Assembly (NCBI GenBank): GCA_964016885.1
Contig: OZ024747.1
Coordinates: 33,170,001-33,234,000, forward strand
Source: Eledone cirrhosa
Taxonomy: Eukaryota
Length of the DNA stretch: 64,000 nt
Reading direction: 5' to 3'
The stretch's first letter is position 1. Every line of letters starts with the position of its first letter. Position numbers and translations under genes: made by a program. Of the stretch, positions 42,801-60,800 are shown one piece after another. A model generated the notes under the pieces. It was not told the DNA's origin and ran no database searches. It saw only the letters and a program-made list of their open reading frames with translations.

Positions 42801-45800
42801 AAATAACACTAGCAACGTTAACAAAAATACATGTAACAACCATAACAGAAATAACACTAGCAACGTTAACAACAATACATGTAAGAACCATAACAGAAAT
42901 AACACTAACAACGTTAACAACAATACATGTAACAACCATAACAGAAATAACACTAGCAACGTTAACAACAATACATGGAAGAACCATAACAGAAATAACA
43001 GTAACAACGTTAACAACAATACATGTAACAACCATAACAGAAATAACATTGCAACGTTAACAACAATACATGTAACAACCATAACAGAAATAACACTAGC
43101 AACGTTAACAACAATACATGTAACAACCATAACAGAAATAACACTAACAACGTTAACAACAAAACATGTAACAACCATAACAGAAATAACACTAACAACG
43201 TTAACAACAATACATGTAACAACCATAACAGAAATAACACTAGTAACGTTTGCAACAATACATGTAACAACCATAACAGAAATAACACTAACAACGATAA
43301 CAACAATACATGTAACAACCATAACAGAAATAACACTAGCAACGTTAACAACAATACAGTAACAACCATAACGGAAATAACACTAACAACGTTAACAACA
43401 ACCATAACAGAAATAACACTAGTAACGTTAACAACAATACATGTAACAACCATAGCAGAAATAACACTAACAACGTTAACAACAATACATGTAACAACCA
43501 TAACAGAAATAACACTAGTAACGTTAACAACAATACATGTAACAACCATAACAGAAATACCACTAACAACGTTAACAACAATACATGTAACAACCATAAC
43601 AGAAATAACACTAGTAACGTTAACAACAATACATGTAACAACCATAACAGAAATAACAGTAACAACGTTAACAACAATACATGTAACAACCATAACAGAA
43701 ATAACACTAGTAACGTTAACAACAATACATGTAACAACCATAACATAAATAACACTAACAACGTTAACAACAATACATGTAACAAACATAACAGAAATAA
43801 CACTAACAACGTTAACAACAATACATGTAACAACCAGAACAGAAATAACACTAACGACGATAACAACAATACTTGTAACAACCATAACAGAAATAACACT
43901 AACAACGTTAACAACAACCATAACAGAAATAACACTAGTAACGTTAACAACAATACACGTAACAACCATAACAGAAATAACACTAACACCGTTAACAACA
44001 ATACATGTAACAACCATAACAGAAATAACACTAGTAACATTAACAACAATACATGTAACAACCATAACAGAAATAACACTAGTAACGTTAACAACAATAC
44101 ATGTAACAACCATAACAGAAATAACACTAGCAACGTTAACAACAATACATGTAACAACCATAACACAAATAACACTAGCAACGTTAACAACAATACATAT
44201 AACAACCATAACAGAAACAACACTAACAACGTTAACAACAATACATGTAACAACCATAACAGAAATAACAGTAACGACGTTAACAACAATACATGTAACA
44301 ACCATAACAGAAATAACACTAACAACGTTAACAACAATATATGTAACAACCATAACAGAAATAACACTAGCAACGTTAACAACAATACATGTAACAACCA
44401 TAACAGAAATAACACTAGTAACGTTAACAACAATACATGTAACAACCATAACAAAAATAACACTAACAACGTTAACAACAATACATGTAACAACCATAAC
44501 AAAAATAACACTAGTAACGTTAACAACAATACATGTAACAACCATAACAGAAATAACACTAACAACGTTAACAACAATACATGTAACAACCATAACAGAA
44601 ATAACACTAACAACGTTAACAACAATACATGTAACAACCATAACAGAAATAGCATTGCAACGTTAACAACAATACATGTAGCAACCATAACAGAAATAAC
44701 ACTAACAACGTTAACAACAATACATGTAACAACCATAACAGATATAACACTAACAACGTTAACAACAATATATGTAACAACCATAACAGAAATAACACTA
44801 GCAACGTTAACAACAATACATGTAACAACCATAACAGAAATAACAGTAACGACGTTAACAACAATACATGTAACAACCATAACAGAAATAACACTAACAA
44901 CGTTAACAACAATACATGTAACAACCATAACAGAAATAACAGTAACGACGTTAACAACAATACATGTAACAACCATAACAGAAATAACACTAACAACGTT
45001 AACAACAATATATGTAACAACCATAACAGAAATAACACTAGCAACGTTAACAACAATACATGTAACAACCATAACAGAAATAACACTAGTAACGTTAACA
45101 ACAATACATGTAACAACCATAACAAAAATAACACTAACAACGTTAACAACAATACATGTAACAACGATAACAAAAATAACACTAGTAACGTTAACAACAA
45201 TACATGTAACAACCATAACAGAAATAACACTAACAACGTTAACAACAATACATGTAACAACCATAACAGAAATAACACTAACAACGTTAACAACAATACA
45301 TGTAACAACCATAACAGAAATAACACTAACAACGTTAACAACAATACATGTAACAACCATAACAGAAATAACACTAACAACGTTAACAACAATACATGTA
45401 ACAACCATAACAGAAATAACAGTAACAACGTTAACAACAATACATGTAACAACCATAACAGAAATAACACTAGTAACGTTAACAACAATACATGTAACAA
45501 CCATAACATAAATAACACTAACAACGTTAACAACAATACATGTAACAAACATAACTGAAATAACTCTAACAACGTAAACAACAATACATGTAACAACCAT
45601 AACAGAAATAACACTAGCAACGTTAACAACAATTCATCTAACAACCATAACAGAAATAACACTAGCAACATGAACAACAATACATGTAACAGCCATATCA
45701 GAAATAACACTAACAACGTTAACAAGAATACATGTAACAACCATAACAGAAATAACACTAGTAACGTTAACAACAATACATGTAACAACCATAACAGAAT

Positions 45801-48800
45801 TAACAGTAACAACGATAACAACATTACATGTAACAACCATAACAGATATAACACTAACAACGTTAACAACAATACTTGTAACAACCATAACAGAAATAGC
45901 ATTGCAACGTTAACAACAATACATGTAACAACCATAACAGAAATAACACTAGTAACGTTAACAACAATACATGTAACAACCATAACAGATATAACACTAA
46001 CAACGTTAACAACAATATATGTAACAACCATAACAGAAATAACACTAGCAACGTTAACAACAATTCATCTAACAACCATAACAGAAATAACACTAGCAAC
46101 ATGAACAACAATACATGTAACAGCCATATCAGAAATAACACTAACAACGTTAACAAGAATACATGTAACAACCATAACAGAAATAACACTAGTAACGTTA
46201 ACAACAATACATGTAACAACCATAACAGAATTAACAGTAACAACGATAACAACATTACATGTAACAACCATAACAGATATAACACTAACAACGTTAACAA
46301 CAATACTTGTAACAACCATAACAGAAATAGCATTGCAACGTTAACAACAATACATGTAACAACCATAACAGAAATAACACTAACAACGTTAACAACAATA
46401 CATGTAACAACCATAACAGATATAACACTAACAACGTTAACAACAATATATGTAACAACCATAACAGAAATAACACTAGCAACGTTAACAACAATACATG
46501 TAACAACCATAACAGAAATAACAGTAACGACGTTAACAACAATACCTGTAACAACCATAACAGAAATAACACTAACAACGTTAACAACAATACATGTAAC
46601 AACCATAACAGAAATAACATTAACAACGTTAACAACAATACATGTAACAACCATAACAGAAATAACACTAGTAACGTTAACAACAATACATGTAACAACC
46701 ATAACAGAAATAACACTAACAACGTTAACAACAATACATGTAACAACCATAACAGAAATAACACTAACAACGTTAACAACAATACATGTAACAACCATAA
46801 CAGAAATAACACTAACAACGTTAACAACAATACATGTAACAACCATAACAGAAATAACACTAACAACGTTAACAACAATACATGTAACAACCATAACAGA
46901 AATAACAGTAACAACGTTAACAACAATACATGTAACAACCATAACAGAAATAACACTAGTAACGTTAACAACAATACATGTAACAACCATAACATAAATA
47001 ACACTAGTAACGTTAACAATAATACATGTAACAACCATAACAGAAATAACACTAACAACGTTAACAACAATACATGTAACAACCATAACAGAAATAACAC
47101 TAGTAACGTTAACAACAATACATGTAACAACCATAACATAAATAACACTAACAACGTTAACAACAATACATGTAACAACCATAACAGAAATAACACTAAC
47201 AACGTTAACAACAATACATGTAACAACCATAACAGAAATAACACTAACAACGTTAACAATAATACATGTAACAACCATAACAGAAATAACACTAGCAACG
47301 TTAACAACAATACATCTAACAACCATAACAGAAATAACACTAGCAACATGAACAACAATACATGTAACAGCCATATCAGAAATAACACTAACAACGTTAA
47401 CAAGAATACATGTAACAACAATAACAGAAATAACACTAGCAACGTTAACAACAATACATGTAACAACCATAACAGAATTAACAGTAACAACGATAACAAC
47501 AATACATGTAACAACCATAACAGATATAACACTAACAACGTTAACAACAATACATGTAACAACCATAACAGAAATAGCATTGCAACGTTAACAACAATAC
47601 ATGTAACAACCATAACAGAAATAACACTAACAACGTTAACAACAATACATGTAACAACCATAACAGATATAACACTAACAACGTTAACAACAATATATGT
47701 AACAACCATAACAGAAATAACACTAGCAACGTTAACAACAATACATGTAACAACCATAACAGAAATAACAGTAACGACGTTAACAACAATACATGTAACA
47801 ACCATAACAGAAATAACACTAACAACGTTAACACAATACATGTAACAACCATAACAGAAATAACATTAACAACGTTAACAACAATACATGTAACAACCAT
47901 AACAGAAATAACACTAGTAACGTTAACAACAATACATGTAACAACCATAACAGAAATAACACTAACAACGTTAACAACAATACATGTAACAACCATAACA
48001 GAAATAACACTAACAACGTTAACAACAATACATGTAACAACCATAACAGAAATAACACTAGTAACGTTAACAACAATACATGTAACAACCATAACATAAA
48101 TAACACTAACAACGTTAACAACAATACATGTAACAACCATAACAGAAATAACACTAACAACGTTAACAACAATACATGTAACAACCATAACAGAAATAAC
48201 ACTAACAACGTTAACAACAATACATGTAACAACCATAACAGAATTAACACTAACAACGTTAACAACAATACATGTAACAACCATAACAGAAATAACACTA
48301 ACAACGTTAACAACAATACAAGTAACAACCATAACAGAAATAACACTAACAACGTTAACAACAATACATGTAACAACCATAACAGAAATAACAGTAACAA
48401 CGTTAACAACAATACATGTAACAACCATAACAGAAATAACACTAGTAACGTTAACAACAATACATGTAACAACCATAACATAAATAACACTAGCAACGTT
48501 TACAACAATACATGTAACAACCATAACAGAATTAACAGTAACAACGTTAACAACAATACGTGTAACAATCATAACACAAATAACACTAACAACGTTAACA
48601 ACAATAAATGTAACAACCATAACAGAAATAACATTGCAACGTTAACAACAATACATGTAACAACCATAACAGAAATAACACTAGCAACGTTAACAACAAT
48701 ACATGTAACAACCATAACACAATTAACACTAACAACGTTAACAACAATACATGTAACAACCATAACAGAAATAACACTAGTAACGTTAACAACAATACAT

Positions 48801-51800
48801 GTAACAACCATAACAGAAATAACACTAACAACGTTAACAACAATACATGTAACAACCATAACAGAAATAACACTAACAACGTTAACAACAATACATGTAA
48901 CAACCATAACAGAAATAACACTAGTAACGTTAACAACAATACATGTAACAACCATAACATAAATAACACTAGTAACGTTAACAATAATACATGTAACAAC
49001 CATAACAGAAATAACACTAACAACGTTAACAACAATACATGTAACAACCATAACAGAAATAACACTAGTAACGTTAACAACAATACATGTAACAACCATA
49101 ACATAAATAACACTAACAACGTTAACAACAATACATGTAACAACCATAACAGAAATAACACTAACAACGTTAACAACAATACATGTAACAACCATAACAG
49201 AAATAACACTAACAACGTTAACAATAATACATGTAACAACCATAACAGAAATAACACTAGCAACGTTAACAACAATACATCTAACAACCATAACAGAAAT
49301 AACACTAGCAACATGAACAACAATACATGTAACAGCCATATCAGAAATAACACTAACAACGTTAACAAGAATACATGTAACAACAATAACAGAAATAACA
49401 CTAGCAACGTTAACAACAATACATGTAACAACCATAACAGAATTAACAGTAACAACGATAACAACAATACATGTAACAACCATAACAGATATAACACTAA
49501 CAACGTTAACAACAATACATGTAACAACCATAACAGAAATAGCATTGCAACGTTAACAACAATACATGTAACAACCATAACAGAAATAACACTAACAACG
49601 TTAACAACAATACATGTAACAACCATAACAGATATAACACTAACAACGTTAACAACAATATATGTAACAACCATAACAGAAATAACACTAGCAACGTTAA
49701 CAACAATACATGTAACAACCATAACAGAAATAACAGTAACGACGTTAACAACAATACATGTAACAACCATAACAGAAATAACACTAACAACGTTAACACA
49801 ATACATGTAACAACCATAACAGAAATAACATTAACAACGTTAACAACAATACATGTAACAACCATAACAGAAATAACACTAGTAACGTTAACAACAATAC
49901 ATGTAACAACCATAACAGAAATAACACTAACAACGTTAACAACAATACATGTAACAACCATAACAGAAATAACACTAACAACGTTAACAACAATACATGT
50001 AACAACCATAACAGAAATAACACTAGTAACGTTAACAACAATACATGTAACAACCATAACATAAATAACACTAACAACGTTAACAACAATACATGTAACA
50101 ACCATAACAGAAATAACACTAACAACGTTAACAACAATACATGTAACAACCATAACAGAAATAACACTAACAACGTTAACAACAATACATGTAACAACCA
50201 TAACAGAATTAACACTAACAACGTTAACAACAATACATGTAACAACCATAACAGAAATAACACTAACAACGTTAACAACAATACAAGTAACAACCATAAC
50301 AGAAATAACACTAACAACGTTAACAACAATACATGTAACAACCATAACAGAAATAACAGTAACAACGTTAACAACAATACATGTAACAACCATAACAGAA
50401 ATAACACTAGTAACGTTAACAACAATACATGTAACAACCATAACATAAATAACACTAGCAACGTTTACAACAATACATGTAACAACCATAACAGAATTAA
50501 CAGTAACAACGTTAACAACAATACGTGTAACAATCATAACACAAATAACACTAACAACGTTAACAACAATAAATGTAACAACCATAACAGAAATAACATT
50601 GCAACGTTAACAACAATACATGTAACAACCATAACAGAAATAACACTAGCAACGTTAACAACAATACATGTAACAACCATAACACAATTAACACTAACAA
50701 CGTTAACAACAATACATGTAACAACCATAACAGAAATAACACTAGTAACGTTAACAACAATACATGTAACAACCATAACAGAAATAACACTAACAACGTT
50801 AACAACAATACATGTAACAACCATAACAGAAATAACACTAACAACGTTAACAACAATACATGTAACAACCATAACAGAAATAACACTAGTAACGTTAACA
50901 ACAATACATGTAACAACCATAACATAAATAACACTAACAACGTTAACAACAATACATGTAACAACCATAACAGAAATAACACTAACAACGTTAACAACAA
51001 TACATGTAACAACCATAACAGAAATAACACTAACAACGTTAACAACAATACATGTAACAACCATAACAGAATTAACACTAACAACGTTAACAACAATACA
51101 TGTAACAACCATAACAGAAATAACACTAACAACGTTAACAACAAAACAAGTAACAACCATAACAGAAATAACACTAACAACGTTAACAACAATACATGTA
51201 ACAACCATAACAGAAATAACAGTAACAACGTTAACAACAATACATGTAACAACCATAACAGAAATAACACTAACAACGTTAACAAGAATACATGTAACAA
51301 CAATAACAGAAATAACACTAGCAACGTTTACAACAATACATGTAACAACCATAACAGAATTAACAGTAACAACGTTAACAAGAATACGTGTAACAACCAT
51401 AACACAAATAACACTAACAACGTTAACAACAATAAATGTAACAACCATAACAGAAATAACATTGCAACGTTAGCAACAATACATGTAACAACCATAACAG
51501 AAATAACACTAGCAACGTTAACAACAATACATGTAACAACCATAACACAATTAACACTAACAACGTTAACAACAATACATGTAACAAACATAACAGAAAT
51601 AACACTAACACCGTTAACAACAATACATGTAACAACCAGAACATAAATAACCCTAACGACGATAACAACAATACTTGTAACAACCATAACAGAAATAACA
51701 CTAACAACGTTAACAACAACCATAACAGAAATAACACTAGTAACGTTAACAACAATACATGTAACAACCATAACAGAAATAACACTAACAACGTAAACAA

Positions 51801-54800
51801 CAATACATGTAACAACCATAACAGAAATAACACTAGTAACATTAACAACAATACATGTAACAACCATAACAGAAATAACACTAGTAACGTTAACAACAAT
51901 ACATGTAACAACCATAACAGAAATAACACTAGCAACGTTAACAACAATACATGTAACAGCCATAACAGAAACAACACTAACAACGTTAACAACACTACAT
52001 GTAACAACCATAACAGAAATAACACTAACAACGTTAACAACAATACATGTAACAACCATAACATAGATAACACTAACAACGTTAACAAAAATACATGTAA
52101 CAACCTTAACAGAAATAAAACTAACAACGTTAACAACAATACATGTAACAACCATAACAGAAATAACACTAACAACGTTAACAACAATACATGTAACAAC
52201 CATAACATAGATAACACTAACAACGTTAACAAAAATACATGTAACAACCTTAACAGAAATAACACTAACAACGTTAACAACAATACATGTAACAACCATA
52301 ACAGAAATAACACTAACAACGTTAACAACAATACATGTAACAACCATAACAGAAATAACACTAACAACGTTAACAACAATACATGTAACAACCATAACAG
52401 AAATAACACTAACAACGTTAACAACAATACATGTAACAACCATAACAGAAATAACACTAACAACGTTAACAACAATACATCTAACAAACATAACAGAAAT
52501 AACACTAACAACGTTAACAACAATACATGTAACAACCATAACAGAAATAAAACTAACAACGATAATAACAATACGTGTAACAAACATAACAGAATTAACA
52601 CTAACAACGTTAACAACAACCATAACAGAAATAACACTAGCAACGTTAACAACAATACATGTAACAACCATAACACAAATAACACTAGCAACGTTAACAA
52701 CAATACATGTAACAAACATAACAGAAATAACACTAACAACGTTAACAACAATACATGTAACAACCATAACAGAAATAACACTAAAAACGTTAACAACAAT
52801 ACATGTAACAACCATAACAGAGATAACACTAACAACGTTAACAAAAATACATGTAACAACCTTAACAGAAATAACATTAACAACGTTAACAACAATACAT
52901 GTAACCACCATAAAAGAAATAACACTAACAACGTTAACAACAATACATGTAACAACCATAACAGAAATAACACTAACAACGTTAACAACAATACATGTAT
53001 CAACCATAACAGAAATAACACTAGCAACGTTAACAACAATACATGTAAGAACCATAACAGAAATAAGAGTAACAACGTTAACAACAATACATGTAACAAC
53101 CATAACAGAAATAACATTGCAACGTTAACAACAATACATGTAACAACCATAACAGAAATAACACTAGCAACGTTAACAACAATACATGTAACAACCATAA
53201 CAGAAATAACACTAACAACGTTAACAACAATACATGTAACAACCATAACAGAAATAACACTAACAACGTTAACAACAATACATGTAACAACCAAAACAGA
53301 AATAACACTAGTAACGTTAGCAACAATACATGTAACAACCATAACAGAAATAACACTAACAACGTTAACAACAATACATGTAACAACCATAATGGAAATA
53401 ACACTAGCAACGTTAACAACAATACATTAACAACCATAACGGAAATAACACTAACAACGTTAACAACAACCATAACAGAAATAACACTAGCAACGTTAAC
53501 AACAATACATGTAACAACCATAACATAGATAACACTAACAACGTTAACAAAAATACATGTAACAACCTTAACAGAAATAACACTAACAACGTTAACAACA
53601 ATACATGTAACAACCATAACAGAAATAACACTAGTAACGTTAACAACAATACATGTAACAACCATAACAGAAATAACACTAACAACGTTAACAACAATAC
53701 ATGTAACAACCATAACAGAAATAACAGTAGTAACATTAACAACAATATATGTAACAACCATAACAGAAATAACACTAACAACGTTAACAACAATACATGT
53801 AACAATCATAACAGAAATAACACTAACAACGTTAACAACAATACATGTAACAACCATAACAGAAATAACACTAACAACGTTAACAACAATACATGTAACA
53901 ACCATAACAGAAATAACACTAACAACGTTAACAACAATACATCTAACAAACATAACAGAAATAACACTAACAACGTTAACAACGATACATGTAACAACCA
54001 TAAAAGAAATGACACTAGTAACGTTAGCAACAATACATGTAACAACCATAACAGAAATAAAACTAACAACGATAATATCAATACGTGTAACAAACATAAC
54101 AGAATATAACACTAACAACGTTAACAACAACCATAACAGAAATAACACTAGCAACGTTAACGACAATACATGTAACAACAATAACACAAATAACACTAGC
54201 AACGTTAACAACAATACATGTAACAAACATAACAGAAATAACACTAACAACGTTAACAACAATACATGTAACAACCATAACAGAAATAACACTAACAACG
54301 TTAACAACAATACATGTAACAACCATAACAGAGATAACACTAACAACGTTAACAAAAATACATGTAACAACCTTAACAGAAATAACACTAACAACGTTAA
54401 CAGCAATACATGTAACCACCATAAAAGAAATAACACTAACGACGTTAACAACAATACATGTAACAACCATAACAGAAATAACACTAACAACGTTAACAAC
54501 AATACATGTATCAACCATAAAAGAAATAACACTGGCAACGTTAACAACAATACATGTAAGAACCATAACAGAAATAACAGTAACAACGTTAACAACAATA
54601 CATGTAACAGCCATAACAGAAATAACACTAACAACGTTAACAAGAATACATGTAACAACAATAACAGAAATAACACTAGCGACGTTAACAACAATACATG
54701 TAACAACCATAACAGAATTAACAGTAACGACGTTATCAACAATACATGTAACAACCATAACAGAAATAACACTAACAACGTTAACAACAATAAATGTAAC

Positions 54801-57800
54801 AACCATAACAGAAATAACATTGCAACGTTAACAACAATACATGTAACAACCATAACAGAAATAACACTAGCAACGTTAACAACAATACATGTAACAACCA
54901 TAACAGAAATAACACTAACAACGTTAACAACAATACATGTAACAAACATAACAGAAATAACACTAACAACGTTAACAACAATACATGTAACAACCAGAAC
55001 AGAAATAACACTAACGACGATAACAACAATACTTGTAACAACCATAACAGAAATAACACTAACAACGTTAACAACAACCATAACAGAAATAACACTATTA
55101 ACGTTAACAACAATACATGTAACAACCATAACAGAAATAACACTAACAACGTTAACAACAATACATGTAACAACCATAACAGAAATAACACTAGTAACAT
55201 TAACAGCAATACATGTAACAACCATAACAGAAATAACACTAGTAACGTTAACAACAATACATGTAACAACCAAAACAGAAATAACACTAGTAACGTTAAC
55301 AACAATACATGTAACAACCATAAAAGAAATAACACTAACAACGTTAACAACAATACATGTAGCAACCATAACAGAAATAACACTAACAACGTTAACAACA
55401 ATACATGTATCAACCATAAAAGAAATAACACTAGCAACGTTAACAACAATACATGTAAGAACCATAACAGAAATAACACTAACAACGTTAACAACAATAC
55501 ATGTAACAACCATAACAGAAATAACACTAACAACGTTAACAACAATACATGTAACAACCATAACAGAAATAAAACTAACAACGTTAACAACAATACATCT
55601 AACAAACATAACAGAAATAACACTAACAACGTTAACAACAATACATGTAACAACCATAACAGAAATAAAACTAACAACGATAATAACAATACGTGTAACA
55701 AACATAACAGAATTAACACTAACAACGTTAACAACAACCATAACAGAAATAACACTAGCAACGTTAACAACAATACATGTAACAGCCATAACACAAATAA
55801 CACTAGTAACGTTAGCAACAATACATGTAACAACCATAACAGAAATAACACTAACAACGTTAACTACAATACATGTAACAACCATAATGGAAATAACACT
55901 AGCAACGTTAACAACAATACATTAACAACCATAACGGAAATAACACTAACAACGTTAACAACAATCATAACAGAAAAACACACTAGGAACGTTAACAACA
56001 ATACATGTAACAACCATAACATAGATAACACTAACAACGTTAACAAAAATACATGTAACAACCTTAACAGAAATAACACTAACAACGTTAACAACAATAC
56101 ATGTAACAACCATAACAGAAATAACACTAGTAACGTTAACAACAATACATGTAACAACCATAACAGAAATAACACTAACAACGTTAACAACAATACATGT
56201 AACAACCATAACAGAAATAACACTAGTAACATTAACAACAATACATGTAACAACCATAACAGAAATAACACTAACAACGTTAACAACAATACATGTAACA
56301 ATCATAACAGAAATAACACTAACAACGTTAACAACAATACATGTAACAACCATAACAGAAATAACACTAACAATGTTAACAACAATACATGTAACAACCA
56401 TAACAGAAATAACACTAACAACGTTAACAAAAATACATCTAACAAACATAACAGAAATAACACTAACAACGTTAACAACAATACATGTAACAACCATAAA
56501 AGAAATGACACTAGTAACGTTAGCAACAATACATGTAACAACCATAACAGAAATAAAACTAACAACGATAATAACAATACGTGTAACAAACATAACAGAA
56601 TATAACACTAACAACGTTAACAACAACCATAACAGAAATAACACTAGCAACGTTAACGACAATACATGTAACAACAATAACACAAATAACACTAGCAACG
56701 TTAACAACAATACATGTAACAAACATAACAGAAATAACACTAACAACGTTAACAACAATACATGTAACAACCATAACAGAAATAACACTAACAACGTTAA
56801 CAACAATACATGTAACAACCATAACAGAGATAACACTAACAACGTTAACAAAAATACATGTAACAACCTTAACAGAAATAACACTAACAACGTTAACAGC
56901 AATACATGTAACCACCATAAAAGAAATAACACTAACAACGTTAACAACAATACATGTAACAACCATAACAGAAATAACACTAACAACGTTAACAACAATA
57001 CATGTATCAACCATAAAAGAAATAACACTGGCAACGTTAACAACAATACATGTAAGAACCATAACAGAAATAACAGTAACAACGTTAACAACAATACATG
57101 TAACAGCCACAACAGAAATAACACTAACAACGTTAACAAGAATACATGTAACAACAATAACAGAAATAACACTAGCAACGTTAACAACAATACATGTAAC
57201 AACCATAACAGAAATAACACTAACAACGTAAACAACAATACATGTAACAAACATAACAGAAATAACACTAACAACGTTAACAACAATACATGTAACAACC
57301 AGAACAGAAATAACACTAACGACGATAACAACAATACTTGTAACAACCATAACAGAAATAACACTAACAACGTTAACAACAACCATAACAGAAATAACAC
57401 TATTAACGTTAACAACAATACATGTAACAACCATAACAGAAATAACACTAACAACGTTAACAACAATACATGTAACAACCATAACAGAAATAACACTAGT
57501 AACATTAACAACAATACATGTAACAACCATAACAGAAATAACACTAGTAACGTTAACAACAATACATGTAACAACCATAACAGAAATAACACTAGTAACG
57601 TTAACAACAATACATGTAACAACCATAACAGAAACAACACTAACAACGTTAACAACAATACATGTAACAACCATAACAGAAATAACACTAACAACGTTAA
57701 CAACAACCATAACAGAAATAACACTAGTAACGTTAACAACAATACACGTAACAACCATAACAGAAATAACACTAACAACGTTAACAACAATACATGTAAC

Positions 57801-60800
57801 AACCAAAACAGAAATAACACTAGTAACGTTAACAACAATACATGTAACAACCATAAAAGAAATAACACTAACAACGTTAACAACAATACATGTAGCAACC
57901 ATAACAGAAATAACACTAACAACGTTAACAACAATACATGTATCAACCATAAAAGAAATAACACTAGCAACGTTAACAACAATACATGTAAGAACCATAA
58001 CAGAAATAACACTAACAACGTTAACAACAATACATGTAACAACCATAACAGAAATAACACTAACAACGTTAACAACAATACATGTAACAACCATAACAGA
58101 AATAACACTAACAACGTTAACAACAATACATCTAACAAACATAACAGAAATAACACTAACAACGTTAACAACAATACATGTAACAACCATAACAGAAATA
58201 AAACTAACAACGATAATAACAATACGTGTAACAAACATAACAGAAATAACACTAACAACGTTAACAACAATACATGTAACAATCATAACAGAAATAACAC
58301 TAACAACGTTAACAACAATACATGTAACAACCATAACAGAAATAACACTAACAACGTTAACAACAATACATCTAACAAACATAACAGAAATAACACTAAC
58401 AACGTTAACAACAATACATGTAACAACCATAAAAGAAATGACACTAGTAACGTTAGCAACAATACATGTAACAACCATAACAGAAATAACACTAACAACG
58501 TTAACAACAATACATCTAACAAACATAACAGAAATAACACTAACAACGTTAACAACAATACATGTAACAACCATAAAAGAAATGACACTAGTAACGTTAA
58601 CAACAATACATGTAACAACCAGAACAGAAATAACACTAACGACGATAACAACAATACTTGTAACAACCATAACAGAAATAACACTAACAACGTTAACAAC
58701 AACCATAACAGAAATAACACTATTAACGTTAACAACAATACATGTAACAACCATAACAGAAATAACACTAACAACGTTAACAACAATACATGTAACAACC
58801 ATAACAGAAATAACACTAGTAACATTAACAACAATACATGTAACAACCATAACAGAAATAACACTAGTAACGTTAACAACAATACATGTAACAACCATAA
58901 CAGAAATAACACTAGTAACGTTAACAACAATACATGTAACAACCATAACAGAAACAACACTAACAACGTTAACAACAATACATGTAACAACCATAACAGA
59001 AATAACACTAACAACGTTAACAACAATACATGTAACAACCATAACATAGATAACACTAACAACGTTAACAAAAATACATGTAACAACCTTAACAGAAATA
59101 ACACTAACAACGTTAACAACAATACATGTAACAACCATAACAGAAATAACACTAGTAACGTTAACAACAATACACGTAACAACCATAACAGAAATAACAC
59201 TAACAACGTTAACAACAATACATGTAACAACCAAAACAGAAATAACACTAGTAATGTTAACAACAATACATGTAACAACCATAAAAGAAATAACACTAAC
59301 AACGTTAACAACAATACATGTAGCAACCATAACAGAAATAACACTAACAACGTTAACAACAATACATGTATCAACCATAAAAGAAATAACACTAGCAACG
59401 TTAACAACAATACATGTAAGAACCATAACAGAAATAACACTAACAACGTTAACAACAATACATGTAACAACCATAACAGAAATAACACTAACAACGTTAA
59501 CAACAATACATGTAACAACCATAACAGAAATAACACTAACAACGTTAACAACAATACATCTAACAAACATAACAGAAATAACACTAACAACGTTAACGAC
59601 AATACATGTAACAACCATAACAGAAATAAAACTAACAACGATAATAACAATACGTGTAACAAACATAACAGAATTAACACTAACAACGTTAACAACAACC
59701 ATAACAGAAATAACACTAGCAACGTTAACAACAATACATGTAACAACCATAACACAAATAACACTAGCAACGTTAACAACAATACACGTAACAAACATAA
59801 CAGAAATAACACTAACAACGTTAACACCAATACATGTAACAACCATAACAGAAATAACACTAACAACGTTAACAACAATACATGTAACAACCATAACAGA
59901 GATAACACTAACAACGTTAACAAAAATACATGTAACAACCTTAACAGGAATAACATTAACAACGTTAACAACAATACATGTAACCACCATAAAAGAAATA
60001 ACACTAACAACGTTAACAACAATACATGTAACAACCATAACAGAAATAACACTAACAACGTTAACAACAATACGTGTATCAACCATAACAGAAATAATAC
60101 TAGCAACGTTAACAACAATACATGTAAGAACCATAACAGAAATAACACTAACAACGTTAACAACAATACATGTAACAACCATAACAGAAATAACACTAAC
60201 AACGTTAACAACAATACATGTAACAAACATAACAGAAATAACACTAACAACGTTAACAACAATACATGTAACAACCATAAAAGAAATAAAACTAACAACG
60301 ATAATAACAATACGTGTAACAAACATAACAGAATTAACACTAACAACGTTAACAACAACCATAACAGAAATAACACTAGCAACGTTAACAACAATACATG
60401 TAACAACCATAACACAAATAACACTAGCAACGTTAACAACAATACATGTAACAAACATAACAGAAATAACACTAACAACGTTAACACCAATACATGTAAC
60501 AGCCATAACAGAAATAACACTAACAACGTTAACAACAATACATGTAACAACCATAACAGAGATAACACTAACAACGTTAACAAAAATACATGTAACAACC
60601 TTAACAGAAATAACATTAACAACGTTAACAACAATACATGTAACCACCATAAAAGAAATAACACTAACAACGTTAACAACAATACATGTAACAACCATAA
60701 CAGAAATAACACTAACAACGTTAACAACAATACATGTATCAACCATAACAGAAATAACACTAGCAACGTTAACAACAATACATGTAAGAACCATAACAGA

